Source: Patescibacteria group bacterium
Lineage (GTDB): Bacteria > Patescibacteriota > Patescibacteriia > SG8-24 > DYFX01
DNA length: 64,000 nt
Assembly: GCA_041659045.1 (NCBI GenBank)
Contig: JBAZZB010000001.1
Span: 518,234 to 582,233 of the forward strand
Direction of reading: 5' to 3'
The stretch's first letter is position 1, and every line of letters starts with the position of its first letter. Made by a program: the position numbers and the translations under genes. The notes under the pieces are model-generated. The model had not been told where the DNA came from. It did not search any database and worked only from the letters and a program-made list of their open reading frames with translations. Below, one piece after another: positions 18,620 to 28,374 of this stretch.

Positions 18620-19768
18620 TCAGTCGGTGACAAAGATCTCGTCGACGGATTTGGCGTGGGGCGACAGATTCGGGATCGAGTCTGGCGCCATGTTGAGGAT
18701 TCTGAGGACGGTCGGGACGGTGTCGTACAGCAACATCGTTGCTGCGACGCTCGTCTTTCCGTTACGGGGACGCTTGATGGGTGGTAGGTCGGTGCGACCT
18801 TCGATTTCGTAGTCCCGCTTGATGCCGGGACCGACTGCGACCCACGGCACGAGCCGGTTGTCGTCGTCGTTCGCGCTGTGTCCTTTCTTGAGGCCGGGCG
18901 TGCCACCGTGGTCGGCGGTCACGATCAACGTGGTCGAGAGACCATCGCGCGCGTCCGCTTCGGTGATGCAGGTACGTACCTGCCCAAGCTTGGCGTCGAT
19001 GATCTTCGCTTCCTTGTACTGCTCGGGGGTGAGCCATCCCACTTCGTGTCCGGCGCCGTCGATCATCTTGAAGTGCAAGACGATCAAGCCGACGGACGCA
19101 TCCTTGAAGGCGTTGCAGTCGTGCAGCGCGGCCTTGTCGATGCTGTTCTTCGAGATGATACCCTTCTCCGTACCGTCGGCGCGCAGAAGACCGACAAGCT
19201 TGCCTTTCTCCACGTAGCCGAGCACGCCTCGTCCGGTTTTCTCCACGGCCGTGAAGATTGTTTCTTCCACGAGCAGTGGTTTCCATCGGAACGCGACGCC
19301 GTGGACGCGAGGATCGTTGCCGATCGCTTCGTCCTTCCTTGGTTCGGTCGTGACGCCGTTCACCTCGGGATCCGTTCCCGTGAAGAGCGCCGCGTGAGAC
19401 ACGGCCGTGGTTGCGGCAGTCGGCACGCGATTCTTCAGGGTGTGAGAACCCTCCTTGAACAACTCCTTCATGTTCGGCATCTCGTCGACGAGCGCCGCGT
19501 GCATGCCGTCGAGACTGACGAGCACGACGCGCGCCGTTCCTTCGGAATGCGCGACATGCCGCGCCTCAGCTTCCGCTTCGGTGCTAGGAGCGGCATCAGG
19601 AGCGTCGTCTGGCGCAGTGTCGGCGGAGGCGCTCGGCACGAACGCGGAGAGCGTTTCGGACCCAGGCGTAGCCTTCTGCGGCTTCTTCACGAGGACGATC
19701 GAGACGTAGGCGATGACGATCGCCGCGAGCACGAACGGTATCGGGTTCGTCGAGGATTCTTTCGGCAT
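18620..19768 (-). CDS. Alkaline-phosphatase superfamily enzyme (nucleotide pyrophosphatase/phosphodiesterase-like), membrane anchored
   Basis: N-terminal TM helix. VLVSLDGM metal-binding motif and TADHGG. AGGAG RBS before ATG 19766-19768. Confidence 0.65.
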   Translation of the reverse strand: MPKESSTNPIPFVLAAIVIAYVSIVLVKKPQKATPGSETLSAFVPSASADTAPDDAPDAAPSTEAEAEARHVAHSEGTARVVLVSLDGMHAALVDEMPNMKELFKEGSHTLKNRVPTAATTAVSHAALFTGTDPEVNGVTTEPRKDEAIGNDPRVHGVAFRWKPLLVEETIFTAVEKTGRGVLGYVEKGKLVGLLRADGTEKGIISKNSIDKAALHDCNAFKDASVGLIVLHFKMIDGAGHEVGWLTPEQYKEAKIIDAKLGQVRTCITEADARDGLSTTLIVTADHGGTPGLKKGHSANDDDNRLVPWVAVGPGIKRDYEIEGRTDLPPIKRPRNGKTSVAATMLLYDTVPTVLRILNMAPDSIPNLSPHAKSVDEIFVTD

Positions 19769-19826
19769 GACACTCCTAAAGAGCAGGCGATGGCTGATGC
19801 TCCGGCAGAATTGCCGGAACCGAGGT

Positions 19827-19855
19827 AGTCTAGCGTAAAATAGGGGTTTTGTCAA
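19827..19855 (-). promoter_or_regulatory. Sigma70-like promoter for the phosphodiesterase gene
   Basis: Minus-strand read TTGACA-N17-TAGACT. Confidence 0.45.
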
Positions 19856-19865
19856 CCCTTTGGCG

Positions 19866-19896
19866 CAAAAGAAAAACCCTCTCAAGGAGAGGGTTC
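19866..19896 (-). terminator. Rho-independent terminator after the class A PBP gene
   Basis: Minus strand: CCCTCTC-ctt-GAGAGGG followed by TTTTTCTTTTG. Confidence 0.5.
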
Positions 19897-22800
19897 AGTC
19901 GAAGGCGCCTTCGCCGAAGTCGGCGTTGGGCGCGTCCAGATAGGCTTCCGGCGTCTTCCCCCGCTGGAACGGAAGGAGACCGGTACGGCCGTTGTCGGTC
20001 GTACCGCGGCGAAGGAGCGTCACGTCGTCCGGGATCGGGAAATCCCGAGGCGGCGTCGAGAACGGCTGCCCGTCAGGAGGAACAGGAAACGCCGATTCCA
20101 TGAAGGCGATCCAGATCGGGAGCGCCACGACACCACCCGTCGCCTCTCTGGCGATCGGTGTGGGCGTCTTGCGTCCAACCCAGGTACCAACGACGAGATC
20201 GGACGTGCCGCCCATGAACCAGGCGTCCCAGAAGTTGTTCGTCGTGCCGGTTTTACCGACAACGGGTCGACGCAGCTTCTTGGCGCGCGTACCGGTTCCG
20301 AACTCGACGACACCGCGCAAGAGTTCCGTCATGGCGTAGGCGTCACCCGAAGGTACTGCCTGCGTCTTCGGACGCTCAGGAGCCATGTAGATGGTGCGCA
20401 ATTCAGAATGACCGGACGAGTTCCGGACGAAGGACTTGACCGACTTCACGAAGATGCCGGGCGCGTAGCCTTCTTTCTGCGTTGCCATCATACGTCCGTT
20501 CGAAAGAATCGTGGCGTAGCCAGCGGTATGTTCCCACAGCGTGAGCTCGGGAGTACCGACGGCCAAGGGGAAGACCCGAACGATCGGCGAGCGAATGCCG
20601 AGCGCGCGCATCGTGCCAATCGCCTTGTCGAGCCCGACTTCAACGAGAAGTCGAACAGACACGGAGTTGAGCGACTTCGCCAGCGCCGTGACCAGGTCAA
20701 CAGTGCCGTAGAAGACGCGCGTCGTTTTGGGACCGGAGTAGTTGGTCGGACACCACGGACCGGACGCGGTCGAAAGACAGATAGGCGCGTCGAGCTCCGT
20801 GGAGACAACGGTCTTTCCGTTTACGAGCGCCGTCAGGTAGACGTACGGCTTGATCGACGAACCCGTTTGGCGCCGCGCTTGCGTGGCGTTATTGAACTGG
20901 TTCTCGTTCCAATCGTAGCCGCCAACAAGTGCTCGGAGTTCTCCACTTTGTGGGTCGATGGCGACGATCGCGGCTTGAAGCGCTTCGGGATGATCCTTCC
21001 CACCCGTGCGGCGAGCGGTCAATGCGAAACGTTCGGATGTGCCGTCGTCGTTCGTTCTTGTTTCGATGCGCACCGTCAGCAGGTCGCCGACGATGAGCTT
21101 GCGTCCCGACTTGGCTCGTTCCCACTTCGCAACGCGATCCACGTCATCCGCATCGAGCGGAAACGCGTAGCCACGCACGCACAATGTGATCGAAGAGCGT
21201 TCGCGCGCGATGACACGGGCGTTCGCTTCGAGTGCACCGTCGGCGACCCAGCCTGAAGGATTCTCACAGACGGCGTCCGCGTCCTTGTCGTGTCCTTCCG
21301 GACCGGCAAAGCCGAGACGTCGTTCGAGATCGAGCAGACCGAATCGTTCGGCAGCCTGCGCCTTGCGCTGGAGCGTGAGATCGAACGTCGTATCAATGAT
21401 CAGACCCTGTTTGTAGACCGCGTCATAGCCGAACGTGCGTTCGACGAACTTGCGGGTTTCCTCGCAGGCGTACGGCGCGGTTGCCATATTGAAGGCGTGC
21501 GCGCGCTTGATGAGCACGATTGGCGCACGAAGCGCTTCCTCGTGCTGCGCCTTCGTGATCGCGCCCGTCTCGAGCATGCGCCCGAGCACGTAGCGCTGAC
21601 GCACCTTGGCGCGGTCGAAATGCCCGTCAGGCGAATCGAGCGAAGGCGCCTTAGGCAAGCCAGCCAGGATCGCCGCTTCAGCCACGGTGAGATTCTGTAC
21701 GGACTTTCCGAAATACGTCTCTGACGCGGCTTCGACGCCGTACGCGTTTTTGCCGAGGTAGACGTGATTCAGATAGACCTCGAGGATCTTTTGTTTGGCC
21801 TTGTGACGTCCGTGCTTCGAGGCCAACTCGCGTTCGAGCCGAACAGCCAGGAAGAACTGCTTGAGCTTGCGTTCGATCGTCGGACTCGAATCCTTGAGCA
21901 CCACCTGCTTGATCACCTGCGCGGTGATCGTCGAGGCGCCCTGTCGCGCTTCCCCATGGTTGAGGTTATGCAGACCGGCGCGAATGATGCCTTGCGGATC
22001 GAGTCCATCATGTTCCCAGAAGGTCTTGTCTTCCGAGGCGATGAAAGCTTCTTGCACGTGACGCGGGATGTTTTCGAGGTCGGCCCACGTCCGATTCTCG
22101 AGGGAGAAGCTGCACATCACCTGGTGATTGCGATCGAAGACGACCGACGAAACGACCGGTTGATAGCTTTCCACACTCGAAAGATCGTCCGACATGTCGT
22201 CGACAAACGCTTCAGCGAAGTGCGTGGCGATCGCGCACGTCAGAAAGGTTCCGAACGCGAATCCCGTGCAGAGCATCCGCAGGAAGACGAAACGTTCGCC
22301 CGCCTCGCCGACGCGTCCGTCCGGAGCCGTGAACTCCACACACTTTGGCACGCGCTCGATGGTGTACATCGGGATCGTTCCAGAGAACCGCTTGAAGTCC
22401 AAAAGGAGCTCGGGTGGAACCTTGCGAATCGTCAGCACTTTGCGCGGCGCGGCGCGGCGCAAATACGGAGGACGCGCGAGGAGCGCGAAGATCGTGAACA
22501 CGATTGGTGGAAGAATCGCGAGCGTGAGCGGGCGTTGGAGCGGCGCGAGAATGAAATCAAGCGCCCACGGCAAACCCTCAAACCACGACTCAGGAAACGA
22601 CAACCAATTGCGCCACAGCAAACTTTCGACCATGGCGTAGAGCCAGAGATCGATGACCAGAATGCCGAGGAACCACAGGACGATGCGAACAACATTGAAC
22701 ACGCCGGTATAGCCGGGCGACACTCTCCAGGTCCGCAAGCGCGCGATGACGCGCTCTGGCGGATTCGAGAGGAACATCGCTCCGAGAACACCGAGGATAC

Positions 22801-23161
22801 CAATCGCTTCAGAACCAAGCCCCAGCCAGACAAGCTTGCCGGAACGCAGGATGTTCCAAAGCGCGATACCTACGGCGAGTATGACCGAAAGCCCGAAGGT
22901 GATACGACGGAACAGACGAAACTTCCAGAGGAAGATCGCCAACCGAGCGACCCAACTTCCCACGCGCTTCAACGACCTCCAGAGCGTATACAGCACCGGG
23001 AGGACGGCAAAAGCGAGAAGGAAAGCGATCCACAACGGCGTGCCGAGACGATCCGAGGTGACCAGGAGGGCCAGCGGAATCGCCAAGAGAACGACGTAGC
23101 CGATCATGACCTTGAACAGGAACACGCCACGCTCGAACTGCCGCTTGAGCCATTGCAACAT
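19895..23161 (-). CDS. Class A penicillin-binding protein (GT51 transglycosylase + transpeptidase) with a ~330-aa polytopic N-terminal membrane domain
   Basis: GT51 motifs EDKTFWEHDG and GASTITAQ. Transpeptidase motifs SSIK (SxxK), SLN and KTGTT. Multiple hydrophobic helices in residues 1-330 before the GT51 domain. Confidence 0.85.
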   Translation of the reverse strand: MLQWLKRQFERGVFLFKVMIGYVVLLAIPLALLVTSDRLGTPLWIAFLLAFAVLPVLYTLWRSLKRVGSWVARLAIFLWKFRLFRRITFGLSVILAVGIALWNILRSGKLVWLGLGSEAIGILGVLGAMFLSNPPERVIARLRTWRVSPGYTGVFNVVRIVLWFLGILVIDLWLYAMVESLLWRNWLSFPESWFEGLPWALDFILAPLQRPLTLAILPPIVFTIFALLARPPYLRRAAPRKVLTIRKVPPELLLDFKRFSGTIPMYTIERVPKCVEFTAPDGRVGEAGERFVFLRMLCTGFAFGTFLTCAIATHFAEAFVDDMSDDLSSVESYQPVVSSVVFDRNHQVMCSFSLENRTWADLENIPRHVQEAFIASEDKTFWEHDGLDPQGIIRAGLHNLNHGEARQGASTITAQVIKQVVLKDSSPTIERKLKQFFLAVRLERELASKHGRHKAKQKILEVYLNHVYLGKNAYGVEAASETYFGKSVQNLTVAEAAILAGLPKAPSLDSPDGHFDRAKVRQRYVLGRMLETGAITKAQHEEALRAPIVLIKRAHAFNMATAPYACEETRKFVERTFGYDAVYKQGLIIDTTFDLTLQRKAQAAERFGLLDLERRLGFAGPEGHDKDADAVCENPSGWVADGALEANARVIARERSSITLCVRGYAFPLDADDVDRVAKWERAKSGRKLIVGDLLTVRIETRTNDDGTSERFALTARRTGGKDHPEALQAAIVAIDPQSGELRALVGGYDWNENQFNNATQARRQTGSSIKPYVYLTALVNGKTVVSTELDAPICLSTASGPWCPTNYSGPKTTRVFYGTVDLVTALAKSLNSVSVRLLVEVGLDKAIGTMRALGIRSPIVRVFPLAVGTPELTLWEHTAGYATILSNGRMMATQKEGYAPGIFVKSVKSFVRNSSGHSELRTIYMAPERPKTQAVPSGDAYAMTELLRGVVEFGTGTRAKKLRRPVVGKTGTTNNFWDAWFMGGTSDLVVGTWVGRKTPTPIAREATGGVVALPIWIAFMESAFPVPPDGQPFSTPPRDFPIPDDVTLLRRGTTDNGRTGLLPFQRGKTPEAYLDAPNADFGEGAFD

Positions 23162-23233
23162 CTGGTGCCCCCTCTGCTGAAGGACGCGTTTGCCTACGAT
23201 TTTCCGGAAACACGTGTCCCCGGAATAAACCTC

Positions 23234-23263
23234 TTATATACGCCCGGGAACCCCCTCTGTCAA
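23234..23263 (-). promoter_or_regulatory. Sigma70-like promoter for the class A PBP gene
   Basis: Minus-strand read TTGACA-N17-TATATA. GAGGGGG RBS 7 nt before the ATG. Confidence 0.5.
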
Positions 23264-23266
23264 TGT

Positions 23267-23297
23267 AAAAAGACCCCTGTCGAGTCGACAGAGGCCG
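23267..23297 (-). terminator. Rho-independent terminator after the TPR lipoprotein gene
   Basis: Minus strand: CCTCTGTCGA-ctc-GACAGGGG followed by TCTTTTT. Confidence 0.5.
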
Positions 23298-23300
23298 TAT

Positions 23301-25427
23301 TCATTGGAGTTGGACGCGGTAGATGAGTCCTTCATCAATCACGAATGTCCGGACGTTCGTACCGAGGCATTCCACCTTGGCCGACTTGGCGACATGGCAC
23401 AGGCGATGCTCGCCGATTGGAGTTGAAAACTGCGGCAGCGCCCCCGTACCCACTCGCGGCGGTACAGAAGGCTCGAGCGCGCGACCGTCGAGCACGAGCA
23501 CGATTTCTTCCTTCGAGAGATTCTCGACGAAGAACGTGACGTTGTCGACCGCGTCGTTTGGCACGACCGGCGAGATACCAGAGTTGTCGCGCTTGGGCGG
23601 CTCAGGCATCGTTACGTACCGCTTGTCGTTCCGCTCGCGGATCTCTTCGATCTTTGCCATGCCGATCATCTGCGGATCGAGCGTGCAATCGTATTCGACA
23701 AGCATGCGCTTGAAGGTGCCGTCGTACGCCGTTCGCATCTCACGGTAGTCGCGCAAGGATTTCTGCTCGTAGAGCAGGAGGTCTTCGGCGAGCGCGAGTT
23801 CGTCGGGCGTCAGGAGCAGTCCCCAATCATCCTTCAACAAGGTATGAATGGCGTCGACGCGCTTTTGCAGCTCTCTGCCGTGCGCTTCGTGCTCGGTACC
23901 GCGCTCGCGCGCGAGGAGATAGTCGCTTCCGGCCAGGCCGTCGGCGCACGCTCCTTCTTTCTCGTGCGTGAGGAGCCAGGTGCCATCGTTGACGGCTTCT
24001 TGAAACTCCGCACGTTTGACTTCCATACGATCGCGCATCGCGTCCGTGACGAGGATGCCGGCGGCGAACTTGCCAGTACCGTCATCCTCAGCCGCTTTGC
24101 GAATCTTGCGAAGCTTGGCGTCGTTCGGAAACCGGGAAAGGCCGAGGTCGTAGGCAGCGAAGGCTTCGGCCGAGTGACCGAGTGCCCGTTCGCAGGCGGC
24201 GAGCAGGTAGAGCGCGTCGAGATTCTCCGGCTCGGCCGAAATGATCACGCGCAATTCGATCACAGCATCGGCGTAGCGACGTTCGCTGGCGTACAAGCCG
24301 ATCAGCGCCCGACGCGTATCGAGGTTGTCGGGATCGAACGTGCGGCTCATCTCATACCGAGCGATCGCGTCGTTCACTCGACCAAGCTTGGCATACGCCT
24401 CGCCGAGCCAATAGTGGATGAGCGGATCTTCGGGACGGAGCGCCGCGGCCGTTTCGAGGCTCGCGCGCGCCGAATCATACTGTCCCGTACCGATCTCGAC
24501 GCGACCGTACGCGACCAGAGCGCGGACGTCATGAGGATCGTCCTTGAGTGCTTCTTGGTAGTGCATGCGCGCCTTCTCGGGACGATCGATCTGCCAGAGC
24601 AGCCAGGCATAGAGACGCCGTGCGATCTGATAGCGCGGCCAAATTCTGACAGCGTTCTCCGCGTAGGCCAATGCCGACTTCATCGACTCTTCCTCGTTGC
24701 CGAGGAGCAGCGCTCGATAGCTGCGAGAAAGGTTGATGAAGGAAACAATGTCCGGCGTCTGTGGATGCGAAAGCGCTTGCACGTGCGCGTCAGGCAGGCG
24801 AATACCTGCCTTGGCGAACGTCTTCGCGATTCCGCTTCCGAGCATGACGTGCACCGTGTCACCCTGCACGCCTGGGCGTTCGGGCTTTGGCACGTCTCGC
24901 GAAGAAGCATAGATCATCTTCTCTTCCGTGACGCGATCGATCTCGCGCAAGCGGTCGGTTTCAACTTCGAACAACACGACGCTCAGAGACCAGCGCTCGA
25001 CGCGACCGCTGTAGTAGCCGGTCAGCACGTGCGTGGCACCCGCGCGTTTCGCCGCCGCATGAATGGCGGCGAGCGAAATATCGTTCGGCTTTTCCGCGAC
25101 AAGCTTGGCCGATTCTTCGGGCAGCACGTGCGGCCCAACGACGACGTCGAGCGCGTACCCCTCGTCAGCCAACGCTTTCACAGCATCAGCGTTCTGGGAG
25201 AGCTCTTCGAGTCGCGCGTTCGCGAACAGCGCCAAACCAAGCGAGAAGTAGTCCATCCCCTTCTGATCGACGTCGGAGAACGGAGCCACAAACACGCGCA
25301 CCGTCTTGAGCGCCGGCGGCGCGGTAACGGGCAGGACCGTCGTCTTCTCGACAACGACCTTGGCAGAACTCTTCGAGCCACAGGCGATGGATACGAAACA
25401 CAGCCAAGCCAAAAAGAGCGTTTTCAT
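23301..25427 (-). CDS. TPR-repeat lipoprotein/secreted protein (708 aa)
   Basis: N-terminal signal with Cys (LCFVSIAC). Multiple TPR-like helical repeats in the central region. GGGAGGT RBS. Confidence 0.65.
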   Translation of the reverse strand: MKTLFLAWLCFVSIACGSKSSAKVVVEKTTVLPVTAPPALKTVRVFVAPFSDVDQKGMDYFSLGLALFANARLEELSQNADAVKALADEGYALDVVVGPHVLPEESAKLVAEKPNDISLAAIHAAAKRAGATHVLTGYYSGRVERWSLSVVLFEVETDRLREIDRVTEEKMIYASSRDVPKPERPGVQGDTVHVMLGSGIAKTFAKAGIRLPDAHVQALSHPQTPDIVSFINLSRSYRALLLGNEEESMKSALAYAENAVRIWPRYQIARRLYAWLLWQIDRPEKARMHYQEALKDDPHDVRALVAYGRVEIGTGQYDSARASLETAAALRPEDPLIHYWLGEAYAKLGRVNDAIARYEMSRTFDPDNLDTRRALIGLYASERRYADAVIELRVIISAEPENLDALYLLAACERALGHSAEAFAAYDLGLSRFPNDAKLRKIRKAAEDDGTGKFAAGILVTDAMRDRMEVKRAEFQEAVNDGTWLLTHEKEGACADGLAGSDYLLARERGTEHEAHGRELQKRVDAIHTLLKDDWGLLLTPDELALAEDLLLYEQKSLRDYREMRTAYDGTFKRMLVEYDCTLDPQMIGMAKIEEIRERNDKRYVTMPEPPKRDNSGISPVVPNDAVDNVTFFVENLSKEEIVLVLDGRALEPSVPPRVGTGALPQFSTPIGEHRLCHVAKSAKVECLGTNVRTFVIDEGLIYRVQLQ

Positions 25428-25460
25428 CGAATACCTCCCGTCAAAGGTCTACGCTAAAAA

Positions 25461-25490
25461 CCTGTTTTCGTCAATATAAAAAACCGACGA
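25461..25490 (-). terminator. Rho-independent terminator after the 25492..26352 gene
   Basis: Minus strand: GACGA-ctagc-TCGTC followed by GGTTTTTTATATT. Confidence 0.45.
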
Positions 25491-25491
25491 G

Positions 25492-26352
25492 CTAGTCGTC
25501 AGCTTGGTTGTCAACGCGCGTCCTGCACACATCGAGAAGCGGGAGCGCCGCGCGACCGATGAAGTGCGCACTGCACACGCGCAGCGTCGCCGGGTTCTTC
25601 GCGTTGTCTTCGTATTCGCAATGAGCGATCACATCCCCTTCTGCATCGTGCCAGTAGCGCGACTCGCCTGTTGGAGGCCGACCCCCAGCCTTGCCGAATC
25701 GCGACACGGTCAGACGACACTCTGCGAGCATCGCGCGCGCCTCATGGAACGTCGGCTTCAGTGCAAGCTTCTTGGCCGCAAGCCACTCATTCTTCAACGC
25801 GCGCACGAGGAGTGCCTCGGTTTCCGCGTCGAGTTGGCCTTGCAACTGCCCCAGGAGTGCCGTGGCATGCCGCGACATACCGTCGCGTTCCTCGCGAGTA
25901 CGATCGCGTCGTGCTCGCAGCGCGAGGTACGGCGAGAGGAGCAGGAGCACGGGAGATGCGAACAGCACGACACCGATCGCACCAGAACCGTGGCGTCCTC
26001 GGCCAAGGAACGGAATACCCGCCCCGTCGTTGTAGAGACGCATGTTCTCCAGGTTGATGTGCAGCTTCTCGTCGTGCCACTTCGGAGTCTCAGCCCCGTC
26101 GCTCCACTGCAGGTACAGCGTCTTGAGCGGCGGACGAACACGGGGCTCGTACCCCGGGCGGTCCCACATCTCCACGATACCCGCCGCACGCTTCTCTTCG
26201 GCCCAGGTCGCCGCGCGTCGCCGCACCTCCTCAGCCTTCCGCTCACCGTCACGATCAACGCGCACCGCTCCGCTCGACGGCGGATCGGATACGAGGTGAA
26301 TAGCGGCTCTGACGATGTCGAAATAGTTGAATCCGTCCTTCTCTTTGGGCAT
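25492..26352 (-). CDS. Hypothetical protein with a central TM segment
   Basis: High GC3 coding bias. AGGAGG RBS. No recognisable domain. Confidence 0.5.
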   Translation of the reverse strand: MPKEKDGFNYFDIVRAAIHLVSDPPSSGAVRVDRDGERKAEEVRRRAATWAEEKRAAGIVEMWDRPGYEPRVRPPLKTLYLQWSDGAETPKWHDEKLHINLENMRLYNDGAGIPFLGRGRHGSGAIGVVLFASPVLLLLSPYLALRARRDRTREERDGMSRHATALLGQLQGQLDAETEALLVRALKNEWLAAKKLALKPTFHEARAMLAECRLTVSRFGKAGGRPPTGESRYWHDAEGDVIAHCEYEDNAKNPATLRVCSAHFIGRAALPLLDVCRTRVDNQADD

Positions 26353-26441
26353 ACGCCCTCCTCTGGTCGATCACGACCGTGATTTGAACCTAGACGTTTT
26401 TGCGCTTCACGTCAACGCCCCAATGCGCTAGGCTTCTCAAT

Positions 26442-27233
26442 ATGCAACGTCGCAAACCTTTTTCACGAAAACCACAGGGCCCAAAAACTAGCTGGGAAGG
26501 CGTTTCTCGCTGGTACGGCTCCTATTTGGATAAGGAAGACACCGTCCAAGAAGCCGTCGTTTTTCCCGGCACCGAACGTCTGCTCTCCCCCGCTACCGGC
26601 AAGCGCTATCTCGATATCGCCTGCGGCGAAGGAGCGTTTACGCGCCTCATTGCCCGCAAGCCCGCCGTGCATGTTGCCGGTTTCGACGCGGCCCCGTCGC
26701 TCATCGAACGCGCCAAAACCCGCGCACCAAAGAACGCCGAATACGTCGTCGCCGATGCACGTGAATTCGCTTCGCGTTACCCCGCCGCTTCTTTCGATGG
26801 CGCGAGTTGCATCTTGGCGATTCAAAACATCGACGATATTTTTCCGGTTTTTCGCGATGCTTCAAAAGTTTTGAAATCCGGCGCTCGTTTCGTGATTGTC
26901 ATGAACCATCCAGCCTTCCGTCAGTTGCGCCAAAGCGGTTGGGGCTGGGATGAAGGACGCAAACTCCAATACCGCCGCGTCGACAAATACCTCGGCGCCT
27001 ACGACGTTCCGGTGCAAGCACACCCGGGCTCGAAACCAGGGATCGTCACCCATTCCTATCACCGTCCGCTTGAAACGTATGTCCACGCGCTCGCAAAGCA
27101 CGGTTTCGTGATTGAAAACTTGGAAGAGTGGACCTCGCACAAAACCAGCGACTCCGGACCGAAAGCCAAAGCCGAAAATATCGCGCGGAACGAGATTCCG
27201 ATGTTCCTGGCGTTAGTTGCTCTCAAAAAATAA
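26442..27233 (+). CDS. Class I SAM-dependent methyltransferase
   Basis: Motif I LDIACGEG, motif II FDGASC and post-I acidic residue. Start position uncertain (26400 or 26442). Confidence 0.7.
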   Translation: MQRRKPFSRKPQGPKTSWEGVSRWYGSYLDKEDTVQEAVVFPGTERLLSPATGKRYLDIACGEGAFTRLIARKPAVHVAGFDAAPSLIERAKTRAPKNAEYVVADAREFASRYPAASFDGASCILAIQNIDDIFPVFRDASKVLKSGARFVIVMNHPAFRQLRQSGWGWDEGRKLQYRRVDKYLGAYDVPVQAHPGSKPGIVTHSYHRPLETYVHALAKHGFVIENLEEWTSHKTSDSGPKAKAENIARNEIPMFLALVALKK

Positions 27234-27270
27234 CAAAAACGAGTCGCGTTGCAGCGACTCGTTTTTTTAC
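27233..27270. terminator. Bidirectional Rho-independent terminator between convergent genes
   Basis: AAAAAC-GAGTCGC-gttgca-GCGACTC-GTTTTTTT, a perfect hairpin with A/T tracts on both sides. Confidence 0.6.
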
Positions 27271-27854
27271 ACCGACCCCGTTGTTTCTAAAAACACTACG
27301 ATTTTGGCATGCGCTTCTTCGGGTGACTGCGTACCATCAACCTCGAGCGGATTCGTGAACTGCGATTTTCGCGTTTCGTACGCGGCAGCCAAGGCCATAA
27401 GCCAGTCTGGATTCATTGCAACCTCATCAACCTGTTCGTGCAGTGTGGCGCGATGGCGCTCAAGCGACACTTCTGGCGCAAGCCGCATAACGACAACGGC
27501 CGTAGCCAAACGAGCAAAACGTCCGAAGCAGCCGACGAGCGCGTCAGACTCTTCCTCAGTCACGACTTTCATCGCCCGATATACGTCCGCCCAGACGGCG
27601 ACGTCGCTCCAGCCACGGTCGATAATCATAACGTCGGCCTTGTCCTTATACGTATAGTAGGAATCGAGCAGCTGGCCGTAATAAGAGAGCGCGAAGGCCA
27701 AGGATTCCTGAGGCGGCACGGCCAGGCGCGCCATGTGCTCGCGGTCAGTCAAAAGCAGCACGGACTTTCCGCGCGTTTCGAGTTCCTTCTTCAACAATTC
27801 GGCTTGCGTGGACTTGCCACTCCTTGGCATGCCGACAAATTCGATAAGCTTCAT
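27267..27854 (-). CDS. P-loop nucleotide kinase, thymidylate-kinase-like
   Basis: GMPRSGKSTQAELL P-loop and a DRG..D lid-like motif (IIDRGWSDVAVWA). Confidence 0.5.
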   Translation of the reverse strand: MKLIEFVGMPRSGKSTQAELLKKELETRGKSVLLLTDREHMARLAVPPQESLAFALSYYGQLLDSYYTYKDKADVMIIDRGWSDVAVWADVYRAMKVVTEEESDALVGCFGRFARLATAVVVMRLAPEVSLERHRATLHEQVDEVAMNPDWLMALAAAYETRKSQFTNPLEVDGTQSPEEAHAKIVVFLETTGSV

Positions 27855-28369
27855 TTTTTCTCGTTGTCGTCGAAGAGTTTAAGGAGGCGCTCGGTCAGGC
27901 CGTCGCGTACAACACGGGCGCGGCGGGCGCGGTCGAGCTGGAGGCGATCGACGCCGCGCATATCGAATTCGTGATCGTATGTTTGTGCCAACGCGTCGAC
28001 GCGCTCATGGCGCTCATGTGGCGGCAGTGCGTCGAACACCGCCGCGCCAAGTTCGGCGCGCAAATCGCGTTCCGCCAAACGGATCGCCAGCTCGTCCCAA
28101 AAGACACAATCGTCGTAGTCGGCAACATACCCGGCCAGAGCCAGACGCGCCATCAAGGCTTCGGACGGTTTCAAACTCCCCGTCTCTTCCTCCGTGGAAA
28201 CGAGGTACCCCAAACCCTCCTCTTCGGCGAGCGCGAGAAGTTTCTGGAGCGAGGCGTCATGCGTTGCCGCGCGCTCTTCTAACGGACGATGGCCGTTGAT
28301 CAGCCATTCACCGAGAGCAGCGAGCTCAAGCAGACGCTCCAATTCCGATCGGTTGAGTTCAAGTGACAT
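27851..28369 (-). CDS. Hypothetical acidic protein
   Basis: Coding bias only. 4-nt overlap with the downstream gene. Confidence 0.45.
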   Translation of the reverse strand: MSLELNRSELERLLELAALGEWLINGHRPLEERAATHDASLQKLLALAEEEGLGYLVSTEEETGSLKPSEALMARLALAGYVADYDDCVFWDELAIRLAERDLRAELGAAVFDALPPHERHERVDALAQTYDHEFDMRGVDRLQLDRARRARVVRDGLTERLLKLFDDNEKK

Positions 28370-28374
28370 AGGCG

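Noticed and set aside
21764-23326. 520-aa plus-strand ORF (and similar long plus-strand ORFs at 574..1461, 1570..2325, 7030..8007, 23844..25457, 36698..37885, 40079..41002, 46444..47448)
   Set aside because: They are antisense to minus-strand genes with clear family-level homology and strong GC3 bias. High-GC DNA generates long shadow ORFs. Their translations are Arg/Ala-rich low-complexity sequence with no recognisable domains.
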